From an uncultured Candidatus Poseidoniales archaeon (GTDB lineage: Archaea > Thermoplasmatota > Poseidoniia > Poseidoniales > Thalassarchaeaceae), in the NCBI GenBank assembly GCA_964645485.1, contig CAZXZO010000005.1:10290-74289 (forward strand): 64,000 nt of DNA, written 5' to 3'. The translations under genes and the position numbers were made by a program. Shown here one piece after another: positions 46,432-56,123 of the stretch. The number at the start of each line of letters is the position of its first letter. The first letter of the stretch is position 1. Below the pieces are notes generated by a model, which saw only the letters and a program-made list of their open reading frames with translations, ran no database searches and was not told the origin of the DNA.

Positions 46432-47805
46432 TCATGCATCTATTTTGTCAAAAATGATGTCTATACAACAATGTTGGTTATCTTCACCAGTGCATTGTCT
46501 TTCTACAGCAGCAGTTTTGACACCAAACATGGTTTCGACTATACCCTCAAGTATACCCTCATCTAAATGACAGAATGGTCCCCCGAATTGAGGTGCTTGT
46601 CCACAAGAACCCGCATCGTGAATTTTTATTGATCGAGGTGGGTCTCCTATAATTTCCATTTCCCCCATTCCCATTTCAGCCCATTCTTTGGTGAGATGAT
46701 CCCAAAATTCTTTGTCTGTTCGAGTGGTATCTTTGGTATTTGTGACTATTTCTTCACCTATTCTGTGACCTACAGTTCGCATCAAATCTGAGACGTCTAT
46801 TCCAAGCAATTCAAGTTCGGGAAGATTGGGCTGTGAGGTGAGGTATTCATCTCCTCGGCGAAGTATCGCATTTGTCCAATTTTCATTATCTGGATGTTGG
46901 TCTTGAAGGTCTCGTGCAACAATCTCTTTGAATCTTCTATAGAATGAGCCGGCACCTAGATTAATTTGTAATGGTTCAGTACTTTCACCCAATTCTACGA
47001 AAGTTTTTGCTGTAGATATTGGAGTTGCGTTTTTCCAAGTTGCAGTTATCAAGTCGGTTTGAGCAGAAAGGAATTCAGGTGCTTCTATGATAAGAGCGGC
47101 ATCTTCTTTTCCTCGTCCAACTGGATTTGTCTCCATAGATACATTTTGTACAGCAACATCGCCGTCTACGATGCAGCCATGCATCGAGACTGATTCACTG
47201 TGTCTAATTTCGACTGCGGAATCTAATTGTTCATAGAATTTTAAAGTGCTTTTATCGAGGCAAGCGAGTACTTTCACACTAACGCCTCTTGCAGCAGCAT
47301 CATTAGCAGCCTTCAAAGCACCAGTTTTCACAAGATGTAGGATGCCATATTTGCCAATGATTAACCAGACTGATGACTCTGCATCATCAATAATTCTCTC
47401 CATTGCTGCTTGAATGTAACTTCGTTCTTTTACAACTGAAAAACTCGGTTCCTTTAACGTCGGGACGTGTGATGTGATCACATTTTTCCCTTCATTAAAT
47501 TCGTCATAATGGGCTTTGATACGACGTAACTCTTGCTCCTCATGATTGATTAATTGTTGAAAGATTTCTGTTATTGATAAGCCTGTAAAGCGCATTGGTT
47601 TATCCAGTGTGGCCATAACTAATCCACGTTCTTGTAATCGTTTCAAAGTGTTATACGAGTCCATTCGACTGATGCCAATTTCCTTGCCAACCTCACTTGC
47701 TTTCAGAGGTGAGGATGTTGAAAGCAGAATCACTACATGGGCCTCTTTTTCTTCCAATCCGATGTCAATCAACCGGGTGTGAAGGGGGGAAGAGCCGCCA
47801 TCCAT
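46432..47805 (-). CDS. TrmB-family transcriptional regulator with C-terminal V4R-like Cys-containing domain
   Basis: N-terminal 'IGLEEKEAHVVILLSTSSPLKASEVGKEIGISRMDSYNTLKRLQERGLV' TrmB wHTH. C-terminal 'CGQAPQFGGPFCHLDEGILEGIVETMFG...ERQCTGEDNQHCCIDI' is V4R-like. Confidence 0.7.
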   Translation of the reverse strand: MDGGSSPLHTRLIDIGLEEKEAHVVILLSTSSPLKASEVGKEIGISRMDSYNTLKRLQERGLVMATLDKPMRFTGLSITEIFQQLINHEEQELRRIKAHYDEFNEGKNVITSHVPTLKEPSFSVVKERSYIQAAMERIIDDAESSVWLIIGKYGILHLVKTGALKAANDAAARGVSVKVLACLDKSTLKFYEQLDSAVEIRHSESVSMHGCIVDGDVAVQNVSMETNPVGRGKEDAALIIEAPEFLSAQTDLITATWKNATPISTAKTFVELGESTEPLQINLGAGSFYRRFKEIVARDLQDQHPDNENWTNAILRRGDEYLTSQPNLPELELLGIDVSDLMRTVGHRIGEEIVTNTKDTTRTDKEFWDHLTKEWAEMGMGEMEIIGDPPRSIKIHDAGSCGQAPQFGGPFCHLDEGILEGIVETMFGVKTAAVERQCTGEDNQHCCIDIIFDKIDA

Positions 47806-47896
47806 GGTGATGGCCGACCATTCAACTGATTTGAACCAATTGATATCTTGTCAATTTCTGACGAAGCATTAAGTTGTAGAATACATACAGCATATT

Positions 47897-48700
47897 GTGA
47901 CCCAAGAGGCGACCAAGACAACGCCTATCCAAGTTTGGACGGAAGGCGAATTATCTACTAGTAAGGATTCACTTGTTAGCGAGGCTGCCCTAGAAATAAT
48001 CATCGAAATTGGATCCGAACAGAAAAAATTAGGGATTTTGTTGCGAACACCTGGGGAAGATGCAGAATTAGTTACCGGTTGGCTTCTTGGAGAGGCAATA
48101 ATCCAATCTAAGTCATCAATATTGAGTGTTGAGTCTTCAGTTGACCAAATTGTAGTGAGGATGGACCCAAAAAACTTTGATTTGTCTGATTTTAATGAGC
48201 GCAAATTTCCCATCACGTCAAGTTGTGGTTTGTGTGGCCGTGAATCACTTGATGAGTTGATAATTCCTAGCCGCCTAACAATATCTGATGAAAAGTGGGT
48301 ATCTCCAGAGGTTCTAACAAAGTTGCCCCAAAAACTTACTGAGTCTCAAGACCATTTCAAAACCACAGGTGGATTACACGCCTGTGCAATTTTTGATTTT
48401 GAAGGCAATTTAATCTCACTTCGAGAAGATGTTGGGAGACACAATGCATTGGACAAATTAATTGGTTCAATGTTAATTGCAGATGAATTACCCGCTGAAA
48501 AGCAAATTCTTATGCTATCGGGGAGAATTGGTTACGAATTGATACAAAAAGCAGCTTTGGCGGGAATCCCAGCAATCGCTGGACTTGGCGCCCCTTCAAC
48601 TATGGCAGTTGATGGGGCAAGGTCAGCGGGATTGACATTGGTTGGCTTCTTGAAACCAAATAGATTCAACGTCTATTCAGGTGGGTGGAGAGTAGTATGA
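47897..48700 (+). CDS. fdhD: Formate dehydrogenase accessory sulfurtransferase FdhD
   Basis: 'SSCGLCGRESLD', 'TGGLHACA', 'EDVGRHNALDKLIG', 'LSGRIGYELIQKAALAGIP'. Confidence 0.85.
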   Translation: MTQEATKTTPIQVWTEGELSTSKDSLVSEAALEIIIEIGSEQKKLGILLRTPGEDAELVTGWLLGEAIIQSKSSILSVESSVDQIVVRMDPKNFDLSDFNERKFPITSSCGLCGRESLDELIIPSRLTISDEKWVSPEVLTKLPQKLTESQDHFKTTGGLHACAIFDFEGNLISLREDVGRHNALDKLIGSMLIADELPAEKQILMLSGRIGYELIQKAALAGIPAIAGLGAPSTMAVDGARSAGLTLVGFLKPNRFNVYSGGWRVV

Positions 48701-48821
48701 ACGGGGCACTCAGATTCATCTAAAAATGGAGATTTACAGTAGGGCACTCCACGAACATTGACAAAGCCGAAGGCTTTGGGAGTAACATAGCAACTTGTAA
48801 TATTTCAGATGAGGTGAATGG

Positions 48822-50690
48822 ATGACGAGTGACAATAACGGTTGGAACCCTGAGCAACCAGGTCACTTATTGCTTCATCAATTACGGTCTGAAATTCAAG
48901 AAAATGGGACTTTATCGACCGAAAGAATAGGTGAAATTGCGTTCCAATATGGTACTACTCCTGCCAAAGTTAGGGGGGCGATTGGGTACTATAGTGAATT
49001 AAAACAAGAGAAGCACACGGTAAGGGTCTGCATTGGTGAGTCATGTCGTTCAAAAGGGTCTCAAAATACGATTTCCGTTCTCGAGGCTGAGGGTGAGATA
49101 GTTGGGAAACTACACTGTGCTGGACTTTGTCCAACTGGTGTCGCTGTCCTATATGATGACAATCCTAAGATCTGTAAATCACAAATCGGAGAAGGATTGG
49201 AATTGTTTCTAAGCAGCGATAGTGCATCAGTTGCAATGGGTGCTGAAAAAATTGCGGAAGAAATACTGGAAAATGATTCTGGAATTTTTTCTTTGACTAG
49301 AACTGGAAGTAGAGGTTTATATCACCTTGAACCAATATTGGAAGTCAATATTGAGGGTGAGAGGCACGGATTTGGACCATTAGAGTGTGCCGACGTCTTG
49401 GATGTTCTAAATTCTATATTGGATGGTAACCCACAATCTCACTCACTTTATCTTGGTGACATCAACAAACACCCCGAAATGGTTAATCAACAAAGATTTG
49501 CTATGGCTAGATTGGGTGTTTGTGATCCATTCGATTTACAATCTCAACAAGCACATGGTGCATACGAGGGATTGGCTATGGCGGAAAAGATTGGCTCAGA
49601 AGGGGTACTTTCTGCCCTGGAATCTGCTGGACTTCGAGGTCGAGGTGGTGCTGGCTTCCCAACTCATTTCAAATGGACTGCTGCTGCACGTGAACGTGAC
49701 CCGACAAAACATGTAGTTGCAAATGCTGATGAAGGCGATGCTGGCACTTTCATTGATAGGATGATTATGGAAGGAGACCCGCACGCTCTAATTGAGGGAA
49801 TGGTGATATGCGCCCTTACTATTGGTGCCACTGATGGTTGGGTGTATTTGCGAAGTGAGTATCCTGATGCAAAAAGGACTCTGCAAGCAGCAATAGATTC
49901 TGCCCGTGAGGAAGGCATCCTAGGCCCGAATTTTGATATCACAATTGCCGTTGGTGCAGGTTCATATGTTTGTGGTGAAGAAACAGCATTGCTCGAAAGT
50001 CTTGAAGGAAAGCGCGGTGAAGTGAGAGCCCGTCCACCATACCCGGCAGAAAAAGGATTATTTGGGCACCCTACAATCGTCAATAATGTGCTAACTTTTT
50101 CACTTGTATCATCAATTCTGAGAGAAGGTGCAGATACTTATGCTGCATTGGGTACAGAATCTAGCAAAGGTACTGTAGTCGCACAATTAGTTGGCGATAC
50201 TCAAAAGCCAACCTGTGTTGAAGTCCCATTTGGTGGTACAGTCAAAGAATTGTTCGAAACCCATTCATCACTTGAGGGGGTTACAGCAGTTCAGGTCGGC
50301 GGCCCACTTGGTTCAGTATTCAAAGTAGAGGATTTAGAAAACATGGAACTTTCATTTGAAGGGCTAACAAATTCTGGTGGGATATTGGGCCACGGAGGCT
50401 TTGTTTGCTATGGCTCAGATTTTGACCCTCGCTCAGAGGTAATAGATTGGATGACCTTCTTTAGAGACGAAAGTTGTGGTAAGTGTACACCATGCCGTAT
50501 TGGTACACAAAGGGCTCTAGAATTGTTGCAACGTATCGGCACAGATGAAGAAAAGCCAGGGGATAGAGATTTGTTAAATGACTTGGATGATGTGATGAGT
50601 TCTACTTCTTTGTGCGCTTTAGGTGGTTTAGCAATGAACCCAGTACGTTCTTCAATGACACTATGGCCTGATGCATTTGGAGGCGAATGA
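48822..50690 (+). CDS. NAD-linked formate dehydrogenase beta subunit (NuoE-like + NuoF-like fusion)
   Basis: N-terminal 2Fe-2S 'CIGESCRSKG...CAGLCPTG'. FMN/NADH site 'GLRGRGGAGFPT' and 'VVANADEGDAGTF'. 4Fe-4S 'ESCGKCTPCR...CALG'. Confidence 0.8.
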   Translation: MTSDNNGWNPEQPGHLLLHQLRSEIQENGTLSTERIGEIAFQYGTTPAKVRGAIGYYSELKQEKHTVRVCIGESCRSKGSQNTISVLEAEGEIVGKLHCAGLCPTGVAVLYDDNPKICKSQIGEGLELFLSSDSASVAMGAEKIAEEILENDSGIFSLTRTGSRGLYHLEPILEVNIEGERHGFGPLECADVLDVLNSILDGNPQSHSLYLGDINKHPEMVNQQRFAMARLGVCDPFDLQSQQAHGAYEGLAMAEKIGSEGVLSALESAGLRGRGGAGFPTHFKWTAAARERDPTKHVVANADEGDAGTFIDRMIMEGDPHALIEGMVICALTIGATDGWVYLRSEYPDAKRTLQAAIDSAREEGILGPNFDITIAVGAGSYVCGEETALLESLEGKRGEVRARPPYPAEKGLFGHPTIVNNVLTFSLVSSILREGADTYAALGTESSKGTVVAQLVGDTQKPTCVEVPFGGTVKELFETHSSLEGVTAVQVGGPLGSVFKVEDLENMELSFEGLTNSGGILGHGGFVCYGSDFDPRSEVIDWMTFFRDESCGKCTPCRIGTQRALELLQRIGTDEEKPGDRDLLNDLDDVMSSTSLCALGGLAMNPVRSSMTLWPDAFGGE

Positions 50691-50691
50691 A

Positions 50692-53391
50692 ATGAGTGAC
50701 ACCTTTTCAATGTCGATTAATGGCAATAATTTGCTAGGTCGCCAAGGACAGACTGTCATGGAAGTCGCTAGAGATAACGGAATTAGCATTCCAAGTTTGT
50801 GTGACTCTCCACACTTGAATTCATTTGGTTCCTGCAGATTGTGTGTTATTGAAATTGATGGACAACAAGGGACTCCATCTTCATGTACAACTCCAGCCCG
50901 TGAAGGCATGGATGTTAGTACAAATTCAGAGCGCCTGTGGAATCTTAGAAGAGGGATTACTGAACTGTATGTAAGTGAGCACCCACTTGATTGTTTAACT
51001 TGTACAGCAAATGGTGATTGTGAGTTGCAGGATATTGCTGGCGAAGTGGGGCTACGGGACATTCGATTTGATAACACCCCTGATTGTGCAGATGTGCCGA
51101 TTGACAGATCAAATCCATTCTTTTCATTTGATGCAAGCAAGTGTATTGTTTGCTCTAGATGTGTACGTGCTTGTGATGATATCCAAGCCACCCATGCCTT
51201 GTCTATAGATGGACGAGGGTTCTTCAGTAGAATAATTGCAGGTGCGGATGTTCCATTCATGGCATCGGATTGCGTTTCCTGTGGAGCATGTGTGGATGAG
51301 TGCCCTGTGGGTGCTCTAGAAGATACAGTAGAGCGCTCTTTCGGGGTTCCAGATAATTGGGTTCGAACGACATGTGCATTTTGTGGAGTTGGCTGTCAAT
51401 TTGATGCTGGGACTAAGGGTGGAAAATTAGTCACCATGAAAGCGGCGGCCGATTCTCCAGTGAATCAGGGGCATTCCTGTGTCAAGGGTAGGTTTGCCTC
51501 TGCTTATGTGCATCATTCCGATAGGTTGAAATCGCCTATGATTAGAAACTCGACTGATGAAGAATTCCGCGAAGTCGGTTGGGATGAAGCATATTCTTTT
51601 ATCGCTGAAAGATTACAATCAACAAAGGAGAAATATGGTCCTGATTCCATTGGAATAATTACTTCCTCACGTTCAACGAATGAATTAAATTATCTTGGCT
51701 CCAAATTTATGAGGGCTGTGGTTGGTACAAACAATGTAGATAATTGTGCAAGAGTTTGTCATTCTGCAACCGTGAAAGGAATGATGACAGTGTTTGGTGC
51801 GGGAGCAGGGACCAACAGTCTAGGAGATATTGATGTTACAGACCTTCTTCTTGCATCCGGATGTAATCCAATACATGGTCATCCAGTAACTGGGTCAAGA
51901 ATCAGAAGAGCTCGTAAACGCGGTATGGGCCTGATTGTTGCTGACCCCAAAGAAACTGAAATTGCTAAAATGGCTGATATCCATTTGCAATTACGGCCAG
52001 GCACAAATGTCGCTCTTTACCAAGGGATGGCTCACATAATTATCCGTGATAACTTACAAGCAAGTGAAGAATGGATGAACACACGCACTGAGAATTTACA
52101 ACCATTCAAGGATATGGTTAGTGAGATGACTCCAAGTGTTTGTGAGGAGATTACTACTGTACCCGCTGCCACACTTGAAGCAGCAGCAAGATTGTATGCG
52201 ACTGCAAAAACAGCAATGTCAGTTCATGGATTAGGTATGACTGAGCACAGTCATGGTTCAGAAGGTGTCATGGCTTTGTCTAGTTTAGCACTCTTAACTG
52301 GAAATGTTGGCAAGCCGGGAACTGGAATAAATCCACTTCGAGGCCAAAATAATGTTCAAGGTTCTTGCGACATGGGTGCATTACCAAATGTTTTGACAAA
52401 TTATCAACCCGTGACTGATGCCAAAGTAAGGGAATCATTTCAAGAAACTTGGGGGGTAAAGTTAGCGGCTGAACCCGGGTTAACTTATCCAGAAATGATT
52501 GATAATTCGTTAGATGACAAATTCCATGCATTATACATGATAGGATCCGACATCGCTCACACTGACCCAGACAATACAAGGGTCCAGAGAGGATTGTCAA
52601 AACTCGATTTGTTGGTGGTACAGGATATTTTCCATTGTGAGTCGGCAAACTTTGCTCATGTGGTACTTCCTGCTGCATCATTCTTGGAATCTGATGGCAC
52701 TTATACAAACGGAGAAAGGAGAGTTCAGAGGATTAGGAAGGCGATTGAACCTCCAGGGCTTGCAAAACAAGATTGGATTATTGTTGCCGAGTTAGCAGAA
52801 TACATGGGGCATCCAATCATTTCCTCAAATAATGTATCAGATATATGGGATGAGTTAGCAAGTTTGACTCCGAATTTTAAGGGCATTTCTTATGCTAGAC
52901 TTGAGAGTGCAGAAGCGGTACAATGGCCGGCTCCTAGTGTTGACCATCCGGGAACAAATGTGATGCATATTGATGAGTTCTCAAGAGGTTTGGGTCACTT
53001 TTCAGCGCCAGAATTCGCTGAACCAGATGAGCAAGCATCAGAAGATTATCCATTTATCTTAGTCACTGGGAGAAACATATTCCATTACAACTCTGGAACT
53101 CAAACTAGACGTACGGGATTGAACGAATTTATGGAAACAGATTACTTGGAAATGCATCCAAAGGACGCTCAAAGACTCGGATTTTCTGAAGGCGATGAAG
53201 TGATGCTTGCAAGTCCTCGAAATAAAATCAAAATGATTCTAAAATTAAGCGACGAGGTGAGAGTTGGTAACCTGTTTACAACATTCCATTTCCCTGATGT
53301 AGGAGTCAATTCTGTGCTCAGTTCTTCTGCTGACCACTTAACTAAGTGTCCAGAATACAAAGTGCAAGCAGTTGCAATTTTGCCTGCCTAA
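50692..53391 (+). CDS. fdhA: Formate dehydrogenase alpha subunit (molybdopterin, cysteine-type)
   Basis: N-terminal 2Fe-2S 'CDSPHLNSFGSCRLCVIE'. Ferredoxin motifs 'CIVCSRCVRAC' and 'CVSCGACVDECP'. MopB cluster 'CAFCGVGC'. Active-site 'NCARVCHSATV' with Cys at the Sec/Cys position. ATG 50692 lies 1 nt after the beta stop. Confidence 0.9.
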   Translation: MSDTFSMSINGNNLLGRQGQTVMEVARDNGISIPSLCDSPHLNSFGSCRLCVIEIDGQQGTPSSCTTPAREGMDVSTNSERLWNLRRGITELYVSEHPLDCLTCTANGDCELQDIAGEVGLRDIRFDNTPDCADVPIDRSNPFFSFDASKCIVCSRCVRACDDIQATHALSIDGRGFFSRIIAGADVPFMASDCVSCGACVDECPVGALEDTVERSFGVPDNWVRTTCAFCGVGCQFDAGTKGGKLVTMKAAADSPVNQGHSCVKGRFASAYVHHSDRLKSPMIRNSTDEEFREVGWDEAYSFIAERLQSTKEKYGPDSIGIITSSRSTNELNYLGSKFMRAVVGTNNVDNCARVCHSATVKGMMTVFGAGAGTNSLGDIDVTDLLLASGCNPIHGHPVTGSRIRRARKRGMGLIVADPKETEIAKMADIHLQLRPGTNVALYQGMAHIIIRDNLQASEEWMNTRTENLQPFKDMVSEMTPSVCEEITTVPAATLEAAARLYATAKTAMSVHGLGMTEHSHGSEGVMALSSLALLTGNVGKPGTGINPLRGQNNVQGSCDMGALPNVLTNYQPVTDAKVRESFQETWGVKLAAEPGLTYPEMIDNSLDDKFHALYMIGSDIAHTDPDNTRVQRGLSKLDLLVVQDIFHCESANFAHVVLPAASFLESDGTYTNGERRVQRIRKAIEPPGLAKQDWIIVAELAEYMGHPIISSNNVSDIWDELASLTPNFKGISYARLESAEAVQWPAPSVDHPGTNVMHIDEFSRGLGHFSAPEFAEPDEQASEDYPFILVTGRNIFHYNSGTQTRRTGLNEFMETDYLEMHPKDAQRLGFSEGDEVMLASPRNKIKMILKLSDEVRVGNLFTTFHFPDVGVNSVLSSSADHLTKCPEYKVQAVAILPA

Positions 53392-53407
53392 ATTACAATT
53401 TTAGCAC

Positions 53408-55978
53408 TTAATTTCGCATTTTTGATAGGCGCTTTAATTTCTTTTCTTGTTCTTTTAGAAGTAGTTTACACCTCCGAATTTGCTCTTTTGCCATCTTAGC
53501 GTGTTCCCCTTCAAGTGGATTCACTCTCTTGGCAGACATTCCTTGTTCAAAACATTTGATTGCGTCTGAATAACGTTCAACCTCAGCATATGCAGTCCCC
53601 ATATTGTATAATGTTGCGCCGGTAACTCCGGCGGGGTTAATTTTCATCGCTTCATGGTAGGCGTCAATACAATCGCTAAAATTCTGCAGATAATAAAATG
53701 CATTTCCTCTAGCATTTAAAATTCGAACAACCATTTCGTCGTCATTGACAAATGTAGGGAGTGCACGGTCAAAGCAAGCAAGTGCTTCGTTATATTTTTC
53801 TTCAGTTAGGAGTGCGAGTCCTTTGTTGTACCATTGTACATCTTGATTGGAAATTGAACTACTATCTATTTTGCCTGAACCAATTATTTCGGGTGTCTCT
53901 GTTTTCGAAGCCACATCTAGAGCAGCCTTTGCTAGGTTAACTTCTGGTGAAGGCTCTTCATGTTGGACCGGCTCAGGTTCTGGGGTTGAATCCAGAATTT
54001 CCTCTGCAGCAATCACCTGTTCTGCACTTTGTTCTGTTACTACGGCAATTGATTCTGTTTGTTCGGGAGGTGTGGCTTGTGAATCTACGTCTGCCCAAGG
54101 GTCATCTCCCCAAGGGTCGTCGGAAACAACTTCTTCATGGGCAACTTCTTCTTCCACATGTTGTGATTCTTGGATTGTTGATTCAACTATAGGTTCTCCA
54201 ACAGGTTCGGTCACTGCCACCTCAACTGGTTCGGGTTCTGCAACCGGTTCTGGTTCTGTGATTGGTTCAGAAATAGTCTCCACAGGACTTTCTTGTACCA
54301 CTGGTGCCGAGATATCTTGTCCTGTGAGTGTAGCAATTTTTGCTCTACATTTTTCTGCAGTTACTTGGTCCCCCGCTGCGATGAAGGTTTTTCTCATCCC
54401 TATCCAAAGTTCGGGGTTATCACGGTCATTTTCTATTAATGACCTCCAAGCTTTCACCGCTTCTGGGTATGACCCAGACAAGGTCATGGCTCTTGCACGG
54501 AGTTTGACATTTTCAGGCGCCCCATCATCTAGTATGTACTTCAAAGCCTCAGAGGCCAATTCAGGCCCTTCAGGAATAGTCGTTGGAATTTCTATTGCCA
54601 TCTCCAATACTTCGCCTTCTCCTTCTGCGATAGCGATTAAAATACCTGCAAAGGTAGGTCCGCCAGCATGGTTTGGCTCATGTGAAAGCAAAGATCTCCA
54701 AGATTCAATTGCTAAAGAAAGTGAGCCATTTGCAGTGTGTATTTCTGCCAAAGCGGCCGAGGCTTTCGTGTAATCTGGACGCAAGCCTAATGCCGCATCA
54801 AAACAAGTGACTGCAGTTTCTTCGTGGTCATTTCTTCTGTGTAATGCTCCAAGATTATACCATGATGCTGCATCGGTATTATCGAGGTCTAATGCATAGG
54901 TAAATGCTTCAATTGCATTATCAATTAGTGACAATCTAGCCATAGAGGCTGCCGCTACTCTCCATGCTCTTGGGTGTTCTGCGGCTTCGTTATGAAGCAA
55001 CTCTCTAAGGAGTTCTAATCCTTCTTCGGCCTTGTTTTGTTTGATTAGATTTGCAGCATCTTCAACTATAGCATCTAAATCGATTGTCGGTACAACTTCA
55101 GGCTCGGGAATAATTGTAGGGGCTGGCTCAGGCTCAACGATTGGTTGTGGTTCTGCCTGAACTGCCGCGACTGGTACAACTTCGGGTTCCACAACAATTG
55201 GTTCAGGTTCTGCCTCAACTGTCGCGACTGGTACAACCTCTGGTTCAACAACTCTTGTCGCTTTTGGCGGACCTTGGGTGGAGATACGTGCTAAGTCAGG
55301 GTGAGAAGGGAATGATTTCAAGGCTTGATGAGCATATGTTGCTGCATCTGCTCCATTTCCTGTTCTGTCAAGTAGTACGGCTAGGTTAGCAGCTGCTGGA
55401 CCGTGGTCTGATTGCATATCTAAGCACACTTTGAACGCTTTTGTGGCTTCTTCAACCTGTCCACTCATTTCATGAATGACGCCTCTGTTAAACCATGCCA
55501 TGGCATTTCCTGGGTCAGCAGCAATTACCCTGTTGAATATCTTGAGGGCTTGTTGCTCTCTTCCCTCTGAAACTAGTAATTCTCCTTGTGTAATAAGTGA
55601 GTCTAAATCCTCTGGAGTTTCATCAAAATCTTGTTGGACAACCTGTTGCGAAGATGGTGTGCTAATTTTATCCTTGACTTTATCGACTACATCTGTTCCC
55701 GCTTGTTTTACATTAGAAAATACTGGTACCACATGGCCCCCAATTTGTTGGCTTACTTTTTGTACGGAACCGACTAGGTCACCCTCACCTGATACAGCAT
55801 CTCTAACTTCAGATTCCACTTTTTGCACGATTTCCGTAACCTTTTCCTTTACTTGGGTGATTTTGGAAGGTACTCCATATAGGTCACCATCACAGGCTGG
55901 ACATACTGCCTCTAACCCATCTAGTTGATGTTCGCAGTGTGGGCAATTATCATGTCCATGCTCAGCCATACGCTTCAC
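53408..55978 (-). CDS. Zinc-ribbon + TPR repeat protein with acidic Pro/Glu/Val-rich linkers
   Basis: N-terminal 'CPHCEHQLDGLEAVCPAC'. Multiple TPR units (for example 'AWFNRGVIHEMSGQVEEATKAFKVCLDM'). Tandem 'VVEPEVVPVA-VEAEPEPI' coding repeats. Confidence 0.6.
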   Translation of the reverse strand: MKRMAEHGHDNCPHCEHQLDGLEAVCPACDGDLYGVPSKITQVKEKVTEIVQKVESEVRDAVSGEGDLVGSVQKVSQQIGGHVVPVFSNVKQAGTDVVDKVKDKISTPSSQQVVQQDFDETPEDLDSLITQGELLVSEGREQQALKIFNRVIAADPGNAMAWFNRGVIHEMSGQVEEATKAFKVCLDMQSDHGPAAANLAVLLDRTGNGADAATYAHQALKSFPSHPDLARISTQGPPKATRVVEPEVVPVATVEAEPEPIVVEPEVVPVAAVQAEPQPIVEPEPAPTIIPEPEVVPTIDLDAIVEDAANLIKQNKAEEGLELLRELLHNEAAEHPRAWRVAAASMARLSLIDNAIEAFTYALDLDNTDAASWYNLGALHRRNDHEETAVTCFDAALGLRPDYTKASAALAEIHTANGSLSLAIESWRSLLSHEPNHAGGPTFAGILIAIAEGEGEVLEMAIEIPTTIPEGPELASEALKYILDDGAPENVKLRARAMTLSGSYPEAVKAWRSLIENDRDNPELWIGMRKTFIAAGDQVTAEKCRAKIATLTGQDISAPVVQESPVETISEPITEPEPVAEPEPVEVAVTEPVGEPIVESTIQESQHVEEEVAHEEVVSDDPWGDDPWADVDSQATPPEQTESIAVVTEQSAEQVIAAEEILDSTPEPEPVQHEEPSPEVNLAKAALDVASKTETPEIIGSGKIDSSSISNQDVQWYNKGLALLTEEKYNEALACFDRALPTFVNDDEMVVRILNARGNAFYYLQNFSDCIDAYHEAMKINPAGVTGATLYNMGTAYAEVERYSDAIKCFEQGMSAKRVNPLEGEHAKMAKEQIRRCKLLLKEQEKKLKRLSKMRN

Positions 55979-56123
55979 TCGGGCTGTGACCCGTTAGGTT
56001 CACGGATAAGTGTTCGCTGTTTTAGTACAAGAGATAATCACTCATTCTATTCTAATTTTGTACCTAAAATGCCCTTTCTTGAAAGATCTAAATGATAGCC
56101 TTTTTCACTCTATTGCTGTTTAA

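Noticed and set aside
50692-53391. Selenocysteine-containing formate dehydrogenase (in-frame TGA recoding).
   Set aside because: The ORF is uninterrupted and has Cys at the active-site position ('NCARVCHSA'). No SECIS-like requirement applies.
53847-54773. 308-aa plus-strand ORF rich in Ser/Gly/Thr.
   Set aside because: It is antisense to the well-supported TPR protein gene. It is a low-complexity shadow of the Pro/Glu/Val-rich repeats on the coding strand.
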